Positions 1 through 8,919 of a stretch of 64,000 nt of DNA are shown here, piece by piece. This DNA is from a virus (taxonomy: Duplodnaviria > Heunggongvirae > Uroviricota > Caudoviricetes). Under the pieces are notes generated by a model. The model saw only the letters and a program-made list of their open reading frames with translations. It searched no databases and was not told the DNA's origin. Numbering within the stretch: the first letter of the stretch is position 1; each line of letters begins with the position of its first letter. Location of the stretch: IMG/VR virus record IMGVR_UViG_3300034069_000533, positions 1,947 through 65,946 of that record, one strand, 5' to 3'. Both the position numbers and the translations under genes were made by a program.

Positions 1-2
1 TG

Positions 3-497
3 ATGGATGGACGCCGGCTTATCTTCATTGTGGAGGAATTACGGTTTCTGCTGCCGAAGCCGGAATTTACACAGCCGTTTGAAGATATTTTGCTGACCGG
101 ACGAAAGAAAAACGTTTGCTTCTGGCCGGTAATCCAACAGCCTGAGCATCTGTTGACGCACCCGATTGGTACGGCGTTGCTTGGTCAGTGTCGCACGCGG
201 TTCCTGTTTAAGAATGAGCTTGCCAACCGGGCGGCGTACTGCGGCGGGGGCAGCTATGGCGACGGACTGCACGCAACTCCGCAGATTTACCAACAGGTCC
301 GCGAGGGCATGACAACCGGCAAGTGGTCGTTCGTTCTGCAACGGCCAGGAAAAAACTTGCTGTGCCGCTTTGATTTATCTTCAATGCCGGACGCGCTTGC
401 TGTATTCTCAGCGATGCCCAAGAGCATCGCGCTATGGGATAGCATTGCTGAAACCCGGCGCGAGTTTTTAGACAGACTTGACGAAGCAAAAGCTTAA
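3..497 (+). CDS. virB4: VirB4/TrbE-family T4SS ATPase, C-terminal part (5' truncated by window)
   Basis: DGRRLIFIVEE...GRKKN...IQQP...QCRTRFLFKN...RFDLSSM..LAVFS follows the VirB4 C-terminal pattern (DGRP.I..IDE..RKKN..TQ..QC.T..F.N..LDLS.M..LAVLS); lies upstream of other virB genes. Confidence 0.85.
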   Translation: MDGRRLIFIVEELRFLLPKPEFTQPFEDILLTGRKKNVCFWPVIQQPEHLLTHPIGTALLGQCRTRFLFKNELANRAAYCGGGSYGDGLHATPQIYQQVREGMTTGKWSFVLQRPGKNLLCRFDLSSMPDALAVFSAMPKSIALWDSIAETRREFLDRLDEAKA

Positions 498-514
498 AGA
501 GAAGGATAAAATAA

Positions 515-688
515 ATGAAAACGGACAAAGAGCGCATTGCGGAGCTAGAGACAGCATTGCGTATGATTTCTGTTTCTGCTGAGACAGCGCAGTTTGAAGA
601 CGCTATTTACACCACGCCCAAGCAATCGCTTGAAAGCCTGTGTGAAGGAATCCGAAAGAAAGTTAAGGAGACGATGAGCAATGGCTGA
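515..688 (+). CDS. small hypothetical protein (57 aa, MKTDKERIAELE...)
   Basis: ATG at 515 after GAGAAGGA RBS; stop overlaps next start. Confidence 0.6.
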   Translation: MKTDKERIAELETALRMISVSAETAQFEDAIYTTPKQSLESLCEGIRKKVKETMSNG

Positions 689-1037
689 TACCTTACCGCC
701 CGCCCCTTCGCTTATGGTCCGGCCAACTCCGGTGCCTGCCGAGGTTGAGGCGGCGATTGCCGGTTTGCGCACGGCTTGCGACAAGTGGCCGCGCGTATCT
801 GCCGACACGCTGACTGACGCTCAGGCGCGACCGAATTATGCCAACGCTTACTGCGAGGCGGCGCCCGATATTAGTTATTCGTTTAGCGAGGCTGGTTATA
901 TTGGCATTGCTTACGGCGTAGCTCTGGCAATTTTTGGTTATGTAATTTTGCATATGACAATGGCGCTGCTTAATGGTGCTGTCGCTGTGGTCCGTCATGT
1001 GTGGAATAATCGGCAGGAGAAGCACGATGCGGCTTAA
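681..1037 (+). CDS. hypothetical membrane protein
   Basis: ORF with one long hydrophobic segment, coupled to neighbours. Confidence 0.6.
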   Translation: MADTLPPAPSLMVRPTPVPAEVEAAIAGLRTACDKWPRVSADTLTDAQARPNYANAYCEAAPDISYSFSEAGYIGIAYGVALAIFGYVILHMTMALLNGAVAVVRHVWNNRQEKHDAA

Positions 1038-1290
1038 GGCAAGCGGCGCGTACAGCTTCGGTGAGTCCAATACCATGAGCCTTGAGGATGCGGCGGAATC
1101 CGTTTGCCGTGACTTTGGTAGGGATTTATCACTAGAGCGCACGGCGCAAGCGTTCGCGCGACTGGTCAATACCCTGCATTCGCGTGGGCTGTTATCCAGT
1201 TCTGAAATTGAGCAAGTTTTAAACTATGAATTTCAAGTTGTGGAGGGTTGGGCAGATGCGCAAATGCGCGATCATGGCAAGCTTGGCTAA
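1027..1290 (+). CDS. hypothetical protein
   Basis: ATG at 1027 after GGAG; overlapping operon arrangement. Confidence 0.55.
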   Translation: MRLKASGAYSFGESNTMSLEDAAESVCRDFGRDLSLERTAQAFARLVNTLHSRGLLSSSEIEQVLNYEFQVVEGWADAQMRDHGKLG

Positions 1291-1495
1291 CCTGTTGCTG
1301 ACAGCGCAAGCCGACGCGGCGTTGCAGCCCTATGAAGTGGTTTGCGGAAACTGCCCGGCCATAACCGTTGCCGAGATTAACGAAGCTGCCAGGACGGTTG
1401 AGGCGCTGAAAAAGCAGTTGGAGGATTACAACAGGCTCTTAACTGAATACACCAAGCAGCTTGAAACCGTGACAAGGCTAAGGCTAAGGCAATGA
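1274..1495 (+). CDS. hypothetical coiled-coil protein
   Basis: ATG at 1274; stop overlaps virB5 start (ATGA). Confidence 0.5.
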   Translation: MASLANLLLTAQADAALQPYEVVCGNCPAITVAEINEAARTVEALKKQLEDYNRLLTEYTKQLETVTRLRLRQ

Positions 1496-2223
1496 GCGTT
1501 AGAATGATGTTATTGGCGGGCGTGGCTGGCATTGCGCTGGCCTCGCCCGCGCGTGCGCAGTGGATTGTTAATGATCCAATTAACACGCTGGTTGCGCAAA
1601 CTGCTTGGGTAAAGCAGGCTGCCGATATGATCCGGCAGATTGAGGAAATGCAGCGGCAATACCGCATGCTTTCCAGCACCTATAATGCGATTTCCCACGC
1701 GACCGATATTAGCGGTGTGGCGTCAGCGCTTGGTGGCGTTACTCGCACTTACCTGCCGGAAGCCTCTGGCGCCCTGTCGCTGGTCGGGCAGGGCTCGCGT
1801 CTGCTGAGCGGTGCGGGGCGCATTCGCAGCGCTGACACGCTGTTTATGCCGCAAGCCGCCTCTGGCATTCGCTCGCTGGATCGCTGGCGGGATGAAATGG
1901 AGCGGCGGCAGAACGTGACCGCCAATGCCAAGGCGCTGGCTGAGGCCGGCATGATTGACATGGAGCAACGCATAGCCGGGCTAGGTGGCCTACAGGCTGA
2001 GATTAACCGCTCTAGGGACGGCACACAGAGCGCCGCCTATACCAACGCCATCGCGGCCAGCCGGACCAATCTAGAGGCCCACAACGCCAGCGTGGCCAAT
2101 CTGCGGCTGGCCTTGGCGGCGGCGGATCGGACTGACCGCGAGCGCGAGGAACAGATAGCGGTACAGGGCGCATCCAATTGGATGGATGATACGGCTTGGG
2201 CGGTGGAAAGCTTGGGACGTTAA
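1492..2223 (+). CDS. virB5: VirB5/TrbJ-like minor pilin
   Basis: Signal peptide then AQWIVNDP...QAADMIRQIEEMQRQY...YNAIS helical pattern; position between virB4 and virB6. Confidence 0.8.
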   Translation: MSVRMMLLAGVAGIALASPARAQWIVNDPINTLVAQTAWVKQAADMIRQIEEMQRQYRMLSSTYNAISHATDISGVASALGGVTRTYLPEASGALSLVGQGSRLLSGAGRIRSADTLFMPQAASGIRSLDRWRDEMERRQNVTANAKALAEAGMIDMEQRIAGLGGLQAEINRSRDGTQSAAYTNAIAASRTNLEAHNASVANLRLALAAADRTDREREEQIAVQGASNWMDDTAWAVESLGR

Positions 2224-2250
2224 TTAAAACATAAAGAAGGAAATACGAAA

Positions 2251-2406
2251 ATGGTTTATGTTAATTTTGCTATCTGCTACGCTCTGGCTGTTATTGTTAC
2301 CTACGCTTTCATTATGTTTTTAAATGAATTGGAGGATATTAGACATGCGTTCGATTTTTTGCGCCGCGATCCTCAGCCTTTGCTTATTCCAGAGCGCGAA
2401 GGCTGA
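2251..2406 (+). CDS. small hypothetical membrane peptide (51 aa)
   Basis: ATG after AAGAAGGA RBS; overlaps next gene. Confidence 0.4.
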   Translation: MVYVNFAICYALAVIVTYAFIMFLNELEDIRHAFDFLRRDPQPLLIPEREG

Positions 2407-2719
2407 AGAATTCGATATTAATTGGTTTGTCAGAAACACAGCGGCGCGCATGGAGGCATTGCAGCTATGCCGCGACGATTACCGCAAGGTGCAGTCGCCA
2501 CGCACCGGCCCGATTTGCGCCAACGCTGAGGCAGCGCAAACTCGGCTATTCGCGCGAGAGCAAGGCTCAGCCTTTGGCTTAATGGATCGCCCGGCTTATT
2601 GGGTCCAAAATCCAGAAATGAGCCAGTCCGTTCTTACGGCTTGCGCTCGCCGCGCGTCTTATGACCAACACCTGTTGAGGTATTGCAATGTCGTTAGAAC
2701 CGCGCAAAGCATGAGGTAG
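2345..2719 (+). CDS. entry-exclusion-like exported protein (EexN-like)
   Basis: Signal peptide plus WF...AR..L..C......C.NA..A motif; sits between virB5 and virB6 as eex does in IncN/IncW plasmids. Confidence 0.5.
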   Translation: MRSIFCAAILSLCLFQSAKAEEFDINWFVRNTAARMEALQLCRDDYRKVQSPRTGPICANAEAAQTRLFAREQGSAFGLMDRPAYWVQNPEMSQSVLTACARRASYDQHLLRYCNVVRTAQSMR

Positions 2720-2721
2720 CC

Positions 2722-3639
2722 ATGCCTTTAACCACATACCAGCAATTCTATGCGCAATATGATGTAGCTATTCGTTCGGGCGCTGATGAAGCGACGGCTG
2801 CGGGATTGCGTTGGGTTGCTGGCGTTTTTCCGGCGATAATAATTCCGGTTATTATTGTCGCTGGTCTGCTTCTGGCTTGGGGGCTACTAGATAAGGGGCG
2901 CATATTCCAATACGGCGGCAGAGCCGCGATTGTAATTTACTTGGTAATCAGTCAAGCGTTTGTGCCGATTGTTCGGGACAATATTATTGACGGCGTTCCG
3001 AACGAGATTGCTAGCGCGATTAACGGCAACGGTAGCCGGATAACCGCAGTTGAGCAATTTGACCGACTGGACCAAGCCAGCGGGTATTTTACCGCCAGAG
3101 TTTTAGGGCAGGCAACCGGAATTTCCCAAATCGGCAACAAGATTGCCGCTTGGGCGGCGCGTGGCTTTCAGAAATTCTTTTTGGAGGCAACGTTTGTAAT
3201 CTGGATGGGTGTTCGGATGCTGACGCACATCGCTGTTGCCTTGCTGGCTTTCTCGCTAGTGTTTTTATTAATGCAAAGCACTTCGCAATGGGTAATGGAA
3301 CAGCTTGGCAAGATCATTGGCTTACTGTCCTGGCAAATTGCCATGTCCATTCTGCTAAAGGTCATGCTGACCGGGACTGAGGTATTTTTGCGTGAGACGC
3401 TTGTGCGCGGTCAAGGCATGTCCATTGAGCAGCAGGTTGACGTTTGCTTTGATATTGCTGGCTGGTTTTTTGCCTGCTTCGTGTTGGTGCTGATGGTGCC
3501 TAGCATTATCGGTGTTGGTGCAGGCGCCGCAACCTCCTCGCTCATTGCATCTGGCGCCATGGTCAACGCTGGCCGAATGTTTGTTAACGCTGCGAACAAG
3601 ATGGGTCGGGCGGCGCACGCGATGCGCCGCCGCCGCTAG
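2722..3639 (+). CDS. virB6: VirB6/TrbL polytopic membrane protein
   Basis: Multiple TM segments, 305 aa, canonical position. Confidence 0.8.
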   Translation: MPLTTYQQFYAQYDVAIRSGADEATAAGLRWVAGVFPAIIIPVIIVAGLLLAWGLLDKGRIFQYGGRAAIVIYLVISQAFVPIVRDNIIDGVPNEIASAINGNGSRITAVEQFDRLDQASGYFTARVLGQATGISQIGNKIAAWAARGFQKFFLEATFVIWMGVRMLTHIAVALLAFSLVFLLMQSTSQWVMEQLGKIIGLLSWQIAMSILLKVMLTGTEVFLRETLVRGQGMSIEQQVDVCFDIAGWFFACFVLVLMVPSIIGVGAGAATSSLIASGAMVNAGRMFVNAANKMGRAAHAMRRRR

Positions 3640-3651
3640 CGAAAAAAACTA

Positions 3652-3679
3652 TTGCAAAAATTTCAACGTGTGCTAGCCT
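3652..3679 (+). promoter_or_regulatory. sigma70-like promoter inside the T4SS operon
   Basis: TTGCAA-16 nt-TAGCCT, followed by GAGAAGGA RBS and ATG at 3709. Confidence 0.45.
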
Positions 3680-3708
3680 GACCGGGTTAGCGAGAAGGAA
3701 CGCAATCA

Positions 3709-4338
3709 ATGAACAAGTTTGTGGCGCCCGTGACGCGCGAGAATCTGCATAGCTTTAAGCTGTTTAAAGTTATTGAGAAGAACAGTGTTTCCGTCGTCGG
3801 TAGCATTTATCGTCTAGCCGAGGACGACGGCAGCAAATGTCCATGGTTTACGCATGTAAGCGGCCCAAGTAATAGTCTTTATCCCCGGCCTGCAATTTCT
3901 CTTTATATGCTTGCCGGGATTGTTGAAGACCAATCCGACGCCAATCTTGCGCTTCAACAGGCGCGTGAGGCGCTAGACGCGGCAGAACGCGCCGTTGCGC
4001 TGGGCTCGGCAGGCGATTGCCAATGCTGGGAGTGCGCTCGCATGAGCGCGCATACTCCTGGCCCGTGGTTGTTTTTTGCAACTGACGGAATTAATGTAGG
4101 CGTAACCACGGAATCCGCAGACATTGCGCATTGTCATGGTTTTTATAAGCCTCGCCGCAGTTGGAATGAAGAAGTCGCCAACGCAAAACTTATGGCTGCT
4201 TCGCCTGATTTGTTAGAGGCTTTGCGTGAAGCTGTGGAATTTGCTGACCAAGATTATCAATGCCTGACTCCGACCGGGCGCAAGATGGTTGATGGTTGGA
4301 AGGCGGCGATTGCAAAAGCAGAAGGCAACACTGAATGA
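3709..4338 (+). CDS. phage hypothetical protein, apparent two-gene fusion
   Basis: C-terminal half HTPGPW...ANAKLMAASPDLLEAL...AIAKAEG is a common phage small-protein pattern; GGGAG precedes in-frame ATG at 4042. Confidence 0.65.
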   Translation: MNKFVAPVTRENLHSFKLFKVIEKNSVSVVGSIYRLAEDDGSKCPWFTHVSGPSNSLYPRPAISLYMLAGIVEDQSDANLALQQAREALDAAERAVALGSAGDCQCWECARMSAHTPGPWLFFATDGINVGVTTESADIAHCHGFYKPRRSWNEEVANAKLMAASPDLLEALREAVEFADQDYQCLTPTGRKMVDGWKAAIAKAEGNTE

Positions 4339-5051
4339 GCGATGACGGATTAACCCCGGAGGAAATTCAGCGCAGCAATGAAGTTGCTGCGCAGTACGTT
4401 GCCATGGATCGCGCCCGCACCCGACGCGAGACGATGAAGACGCTGGCGCTGATCGCGTGCGTCCCATCGGCGGCAAGCGGTTGGGTAATGTGGGCAACGA
4501 AGCCGCGCATTCAGCGCGAGGTTGAGTTTATCCCCATTACGGAAAATGGCGTACCGGCGCTAGCCTATCGGCTGGAAGACTTGCCACCCGAAGCGCGCAA
4601 CGATGCGGCGTTTACAACCGTATGGAATTACGTCTGCTTGCGTGAGGAATACTCATGGGGCATGGCGGAAAAGGCTTATCGCATTGTCTCGCTCATGTCC
4701 GATGATCGCGTAATGAACGAATATCAGGATTTAGTTAATATTAAAAATAAAGAAAGTCCAACGGCTGTCTATGGCCGCGACGCAGTGATTAGCATTGACT
4801 ATGACAGTCACGATGATCTTTCGCCGCCAACCGGATATTCCGGCCCGCCGCCGGGTTACTCCATCCGGTTCCGCCGCACGGTAACATGGCTGAATAAGCC
4901 ACCGGAGCGCGAGCTTTGGATGTGTTCGGTTATGTTTCATCGCAATGTGCCGAAGGTTGATATTCGCCAGAGATACGAGTTTAGTCCGCAATCTATCGTG
5001 GTTTGGCAGTATCCCGGCGCCCGTCCGATTACACCACTGAGAAGGAGATAG
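4335..5051 (+). CDS. virB8: VirB8 inner-membrane T4SS protein
   Basis: Single TM then YVCLREEYSW...Y..V.LMS...V..EY...N..SP pattern. Confidence 0.8.
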   Translation: MSDDGLTPEEIQRSNEVAAQYVAMDRARTRRETMKTLALIACVPSAASGWVMWATKPRIQREVEFIPITENGVPALAYRLEDLPPEARNDAAFTTVWNYVCLREEYSWGMAEKAYRIVSLMSDDRVMNEYQDLVNIKNKESPTAVYGRDAVISIDYDSHDDLSPPTGYSGPPPGYSIRFRRTVTWLNKPPERELWMCSVMFHRNVPKVDIRQRYEFSPQSIVVWQYPGARPITPLRRR

Positions 5052-5054
5052 AAA

Positions 5055-5270
5055 ATGGAGCTTTCAGGTTTTGTTGTTTGTCTTTCTGTTTTTCTTGCGA
5101 CATTTGCTTGTTTGCTGCTAGCAGCAATGTATGGCTTGCCAGATTACCCTTTTGGCGAGAATGATAAATATAGATCAAAGAACGAAATTTTTGGTATCTG
5201 CTTGCTTATGTTAATTTTTGCCCTTAGCTTAATTTCGGCTAACATTGCGTGGCATGTCTTTGCTCATTGA
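5055..5270 (+). CDS. small membrane protein
   Basis: Two hydrophobic segments, AGGAG RBS. Confidence 0.55.
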   Translation: MELSGFVVCLSVFLATFACLLLAAMYGLPDYPFGENDKYRSKNEIFGICLLMLIFALSLISANIAWHVFAH

Positions 5271-5282
5271 AGGGAAACGCAA

Positions 5283-5480
5283 ATGTCTAGTTTTGTTTTT
5301 GGTGTTGGTGTCGGCAATCTCGCCATGGCGCTATTCATTCATGCCGCGACTTCGGTTTCGCGCATCAAGCCTACATGCACGGCGGAAGATCATGAGATTT
5401 CGCGCATGATTGGCGCGAAACTCGGTTGGTTCGGTTTGATGCTTATGGCTGCTGTCTGGAAGGAAGGAATTTTTACATGA
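5283..5480 (+). CDS. small membrane protein
   Basis: Hydrophobic ORF, AAGGGA RBS; stop overlaps next start. Confidence 0.55.
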   Translation: MSSFVFGVGVGNLAMALFIHAATSVSRIKPTCTAEDHEISRMIGAKLGWFGLMLMAAVWKEGIFT

Positions 5481-6127
5481 ACCCGGCCCGCGCTGCGCTT
5501 CTGGCCAGCGCCGCATTTATGTGTATGGCGCTGACTGAGCCTCAGCCCATCCCCGGCGGTGACGTGCGTTACCGCACGGTAGAGTGGCGAGACGGTATTG
5601 TTATTCAGGCTTTCGGCTCGCGCGGCAAAACCATTCTGTTTGAATTGCCGCGCGGCGTTGATGCCGTTGATATTCTGCCGTCCGACCAAGACGTAATAAC
5701 GGGAAAAGTGGCAGAGGCAAGCGGCGTTACCGGCCGGGGTGCCGCCAATCAACCGGACGCGCCCGAAGGCTGCATTGAAACCGCCAACATGCAGATTTGC
5801 ATTAAGAATGATCGGTTTATTGGTATCAAACCAAAGACCGAGCTTCAGGCGCAGCCCATTCCAGTAATGATGGTAAGCGGTGTTAATGGGGCGAATCCGG
5901 TTGAGCGGCAATTCGTTATTGAAATCAGCACAACGGACACGCCTTATTATGTGGTTCGGGTGACGGTGCCGCAGCCCGTGCCCGTACAGCCTCGCCAGCC
6001 GGTTGTCCGGCGGTGGCCAACACAGCCCCGCCCGCCGGTCGCCGCGCCTCCTGTGGAGCTTCCGCCGGTCAACAATGCCTACTCCATCACGGGTGATAGG
6101 GCGCTTTTGGGAGTGCAGGGACGATGA
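5477..6127 (+). CDS. virB9: VirB9 N-terminal part (split gene)
   Basis: Signal peptide, D.RYRTVEW..G.V....G..G.T..F pattern, Pro-rich linker, ends at NNAYSITGD (start of the VirB9 C-terminal domain). Confidence 0.65.
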   Translation: MNPARAALLASAAFMCMALTEPQPIPGGDVRYRTVEWRDGIVIQAFGSRGKTILFELPRGVDAVDILPSDQDVITGKVAEASGVTGRGAANQPDAPEGCIETANMQICIKNDRFIGIKPKTELQAQPIPVMMVSGVNGANPVERQFVIEISTTDTPYYVVRVTVPQPVPVQPRQPVVRRWPTQPRPPVAAPPVELPPVNNAYSITGDRALLGVQGR

Positions 6128-6480
6128 AGCTAGCCATTCTGGCCGGGGCGCTGGTTTTGGCCGCATGTTCCAGCACCAAGCCGTTGGTTGCGCCGCCATG
6201 CCCGGAAGGCGAGGGCGCGGCGCTGAATGCCGAGGGTCCGGCCCCGGTTGTTTGGGACAACGCGCATTGGACGTTTCTGCGCTTTTCCGGGCATCAATCC
6301 TTCCCGAAGGTCACAGCATTGCGGCCAGACGGCAATGAGCGCGACGTATCTTCTTCGCCCAATCCTGACACCGGCATTATTACCGTGCATGGCGTTTTTC
6401 CAACGTTGGTTTTGCGCGAAGGCGAGCGTGTTGCCTGTGTTAAAAACAATGCGTTTGATCCTTATGGTAAGCGGCCATAA
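6124..6480 (+). CDS. VirB7-like lipoprotein fused to VirB9 C-terminal domain
   Basis: Lipobox LAAC15, PPC26..LN as in VirB7, then P.VWDN..WTFLRF...P.V...DG.E..V...VHGV...VLR.G..VAC105VKN typical of the VirB9 CTD. Confidence 0.7.
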   Translation: MKLAILAGALVLAACSSTKPLVAPPCPEGEGAALNAEGPAPVVWDNAHWTFLRFSGHQSFPKVTALRPDGNERDVSSSPNPDTGIITVHGVFPTLVLREGERVACVKNNAFDPYGKRP

Positions 6481-6698
6481 TGGATAAAGAAAAGCGCGTT
6501 ATGGCAATTGCTAAGGAAGTTGCCGAGGCTGCGTTATCTGGCGCGGTTGATCGCGTGCATAATCTTTCGCTGCAAGACAAGCTGATTTTGCTTGGTCTTG
6601 ATCCCGAAGATTATGCAATTGTGCTGCGACAGCAGGAAGGCGCCGATGAGCCGCTAAGTTGGAAAGACTGGCTAGATTTCGCAGAGAGGGAAAAATGA
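6480..6698 (+). CDS. hypothetical protein
   Basis: TAATG/ATGA overlaps with both neighbours. Confidence 0.55.
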   Translation: MDKEKRVMAIAKEVAEAALSGAVDRVHNLSLQDKLILLGLDPEDYAIVLRQQEGADEPLSWKDWLDFAEREK

Positions 6699-7741
6699 GC
6701 GAGAATAATGACGACAAGTCAGTAAATGACGGCAAGCCAACCGGGTTCATGGGCAGCGGTAGCGGCGCCGGTTATATTTTGGCTGCCATTGGCGCCGCCG
6801 CTGGCTTGGCGTGGTTCATGTGGGGTGGCCCTAGCCGGGCGCCGGCCCCGCAGGAGGCAGGACAGGTGCGGCCGGGCACTCCGGGGCGCCCGTTCGTGCC
6901 GCCTCCCCCGCCAGCGCAGGCAGAGGCGCCGCGCGATCCGCCGGCCGATCCACGCCCTAGAGACGCGGGCGAGGGCGCAGGACGGCCCCGCGCCTCGCCT
7001 ATGGTGCTGAGCGTCCGGCGCGAGCGCCCGGCCCCTACGGGCACGGCTGCGCAGCAGGAACCGAAGCCAGAGACGGTGGCGGGCATGCCGGTGCTGACTG
7101 CCGACATGGTAGCCGACGCGGAAAACTTTCTGATGCCGGGTGACAAGCTTTCCTGCCTCAGCGCTGAGCCGTTGGAAGGCAAGGCGGATGGCGTGGCGTT
7201 TACCACAGAAATTAATGAAGATTTTATTGGGCGCGGCAATGCATGGCCTCCGCTTATTCCTAAAGGCTCTCTTGCATTTGGCCGGGTGTCACGCGTGGCA
7301 GAGGATGGCGACGAACGTATTGCCGCCGCGCTGACGCTTATTCGCGGCCCGTCCGTCATTGGGCGCCCGACCCTCATGGTGCCGCTTGGCGATGCGCAGC
7401 CGGGCGAGCCATTAGGCGACGCTGGATTGCGCGCCAATGTCGAGACGCGGTTTTGGGCGCGGCTTGGCACGGTTGCCGCTTACGCTGGTCTAGATGCGGT
7501 TGGCCGGATCGGGTCCAGCTTAGCCGGTAACGCCATCAATGAAGGCTTAAGCGGCGGTGGCCGGACTAATATCAATGTCGGCAATTTCGGCGGCATGGCA
7601 TCCGGCCGGTCGCTAGCCGGATCAGCATTCGATCATGAGCTAAGGCGCGGCCCGCGCTTGTCGCGCCCGCAGGCGCAGCCCTGCACTATCTTTATCACCA
7701 AGCCAATTCGCGTGCGCGGCACGCCACAGCGCGGGAGATAG
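6695..7741 (+). CDS. virB10: VirB10/TrbI T4SS core protein
   Basis: N-terminal TM, Pro-rich stalk, L.PG..L.C...LIPKGS..G...G.AG....V..RFWAR domain, P.L..PQ.....I...KP.. end. Confidence 0.85.
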   Translation: MSENNDDKSVNDGKPTGFMGSGSGAGYILAAIGAAAGLAWFMWGGPSRAPAPQEAGQVRPGTPGRPFVPPPPPAQAEAPRDPPADPRPRDAGEGAGRPRASPMVLSVRRERPAPTGTAAQQEPKPETVAGMPVLTADMVADAENFLMPGDKLSCLSAEPLEGKADGVAFTTEINEDFIGRGNAWPPLIPKGSLAFGRVSRVAEDGDERIAAALTLIRGPSVIGRPTLMVPLGDAQPGEPLGDAGLRANVETRFWARLGTVAAYAGLDAVGRIGSSLAGNAINEGLSGGGRTNINVGNFGGMASGRSLAGSAFDHELRRGPRLSRPQAQPCTIFITKPIRVRGTPQRGR

Positions 7742-7744
7742 ATC

Positions 7745-8179
7745 ATGCACGCTGGCAATCCGGTATTTGTTAAAGTCAATGATTATTGGATGCTTGGCCG
7801 TAAGGATGGCGCCAACATTCAGCTTGACATTGATAATTTTGTTAGCGTGCGCGAAGCGCTGGCGTGGTGCGTCAAGCATCGTGTCAGGGCTAAGTTTGAA
7901 ATTTTGGGCCAGTGGTATTCTGTTGAACAGATTGAAAAGATAATTTTGATTAATGCAAAAAAAGAATTGCCCATGGCTCCGCTCAAGCATCGCAATGGCA
8001 AGCCGGTGCGACCTTCGCGCGACCGGCGGGGGCTGGCGCCGCTCATTGGCGCCGGCATTGTGCGCAAGCAGGGACGCGGCGCCAAGGTTCATTATGTGAT
8101 TTATGAGCATGGTATTCCGGTTGTAGCGGAAATCATGAAAGAGAAGAAAGCTGTTGCGCACGATTCCGAACAATGTTAG
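7745..8179 (+). CDS. hypothetical basic protein
   Basis: GGAG RBS, operon position. Confidence 0.55.
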   Translation: MHAGNPVFVKVNDYWMLGRKDGANIQLDIDNFVSVREALAWCVKHRVRAKFEILGQWYSVEQIEKIILINAKKELPMAPLKHRNGKPVRPSRDRRGLAPLIGAGIVRKQGRGAKVHYVIYEHGIPVVAEIMKEKKAVAHDSEQC

Positions 8180-8205
8180 CTTTGTTTGGTTGAAGGGAGA
8201 TAAAA

Positions 8206-8406
8206 ATGGAAGCAACTGACGGCGTTATGTTTGCGCCATTTATGTTCGCTGTGCTTGGCGTGTTTCTGTTTGTGCCACTGGCCGGGGTTATCGTGCTGTT
8301 TGTAATGCCGAAGAAAGCCAGCAAATCTAGCAAGGTAATGGCTTTCTGTGGCGGCTGTTCTTTTGCTGCGCTTTTGATTTTGTCTGCAATCATCGCAAAG
8401 GGGTAA
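8206..8406 (+). CDS. small membrane protein
   Basis: Two TM segments, GGGAG RBS. Confidence 0.55.
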   Translation: MEATDGVMFAPFMFAVLGVFLFVPLAGVIVLFVMPKKASKSSKVMAFCGGCSFAALLILSAIIAKG

Positions 8407-8409
8407 AAC

Positions 8410-8919
8410 ATGCATCCTGATTTGGCTAACACGGGCGCCGCTGCTGTGGCGTCCAAGCCGGTGCCGCTGAAGGCGCGTGGCTTTGCGGCTATCGGTCTGT
8501 TTATGCCGAAGTCGGACGTAAACGTTGGCGGTGCCTGCCGGGCGGCGGATTGCTATGGCGCATCCATGGTGGTTGTGCAGGGCCATCGCTATTGGAGCAT
8601 GGCCACCGACACAACCAAGATGCATCGCCATATTCCGCTGATTAACACATCAGGCGATGTGTTTGACCATATGCCATATGATTGCGTGCCGGTGGGTATT
8701 GAGCTTTGCGACAATGCAGAGTCACTGGTTACGTTCAAGCATCCTGAGCGGGCATTTTATATCTTTGGCCCGGAGGATGGCTCACTTGGTAAGCGCGTGC
8801 TGGACCGCTGCAAGCACCGGGTAATGGTGCCAACGAATACCTGCATGAATCTCGCGGCAACCGTGAATGTTGTTCTGTATGACCGGCTAGCCAAGCAGCA
8901 TGTCAAGCGCATCGGGTAA
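8410..8919 (+). CDS. SpoU/TrmH-family (SPOUT) RNA methyltransferase
   Basis: NVGGACRAADCYGA, VGIEL, YIFGPEDGSL, VP...CMNLAATVNVVLYDR motifs. Confidence 0.85.
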   Translation: MHPDLANTGAAAVASKPVPLKARGFAAIGLFMPKSDVNVGGACRAADCYGASMVVVQGHRYWSMATDTTKMHRHIPLINTSGDVFDHMPYDCVPVGIELCDNAESLVTFKHPERAFYIFGPEDGSLGKRVLDRCKHRVMVPTNTCMNLAATVNVVLYDRLAKQHVKRIG

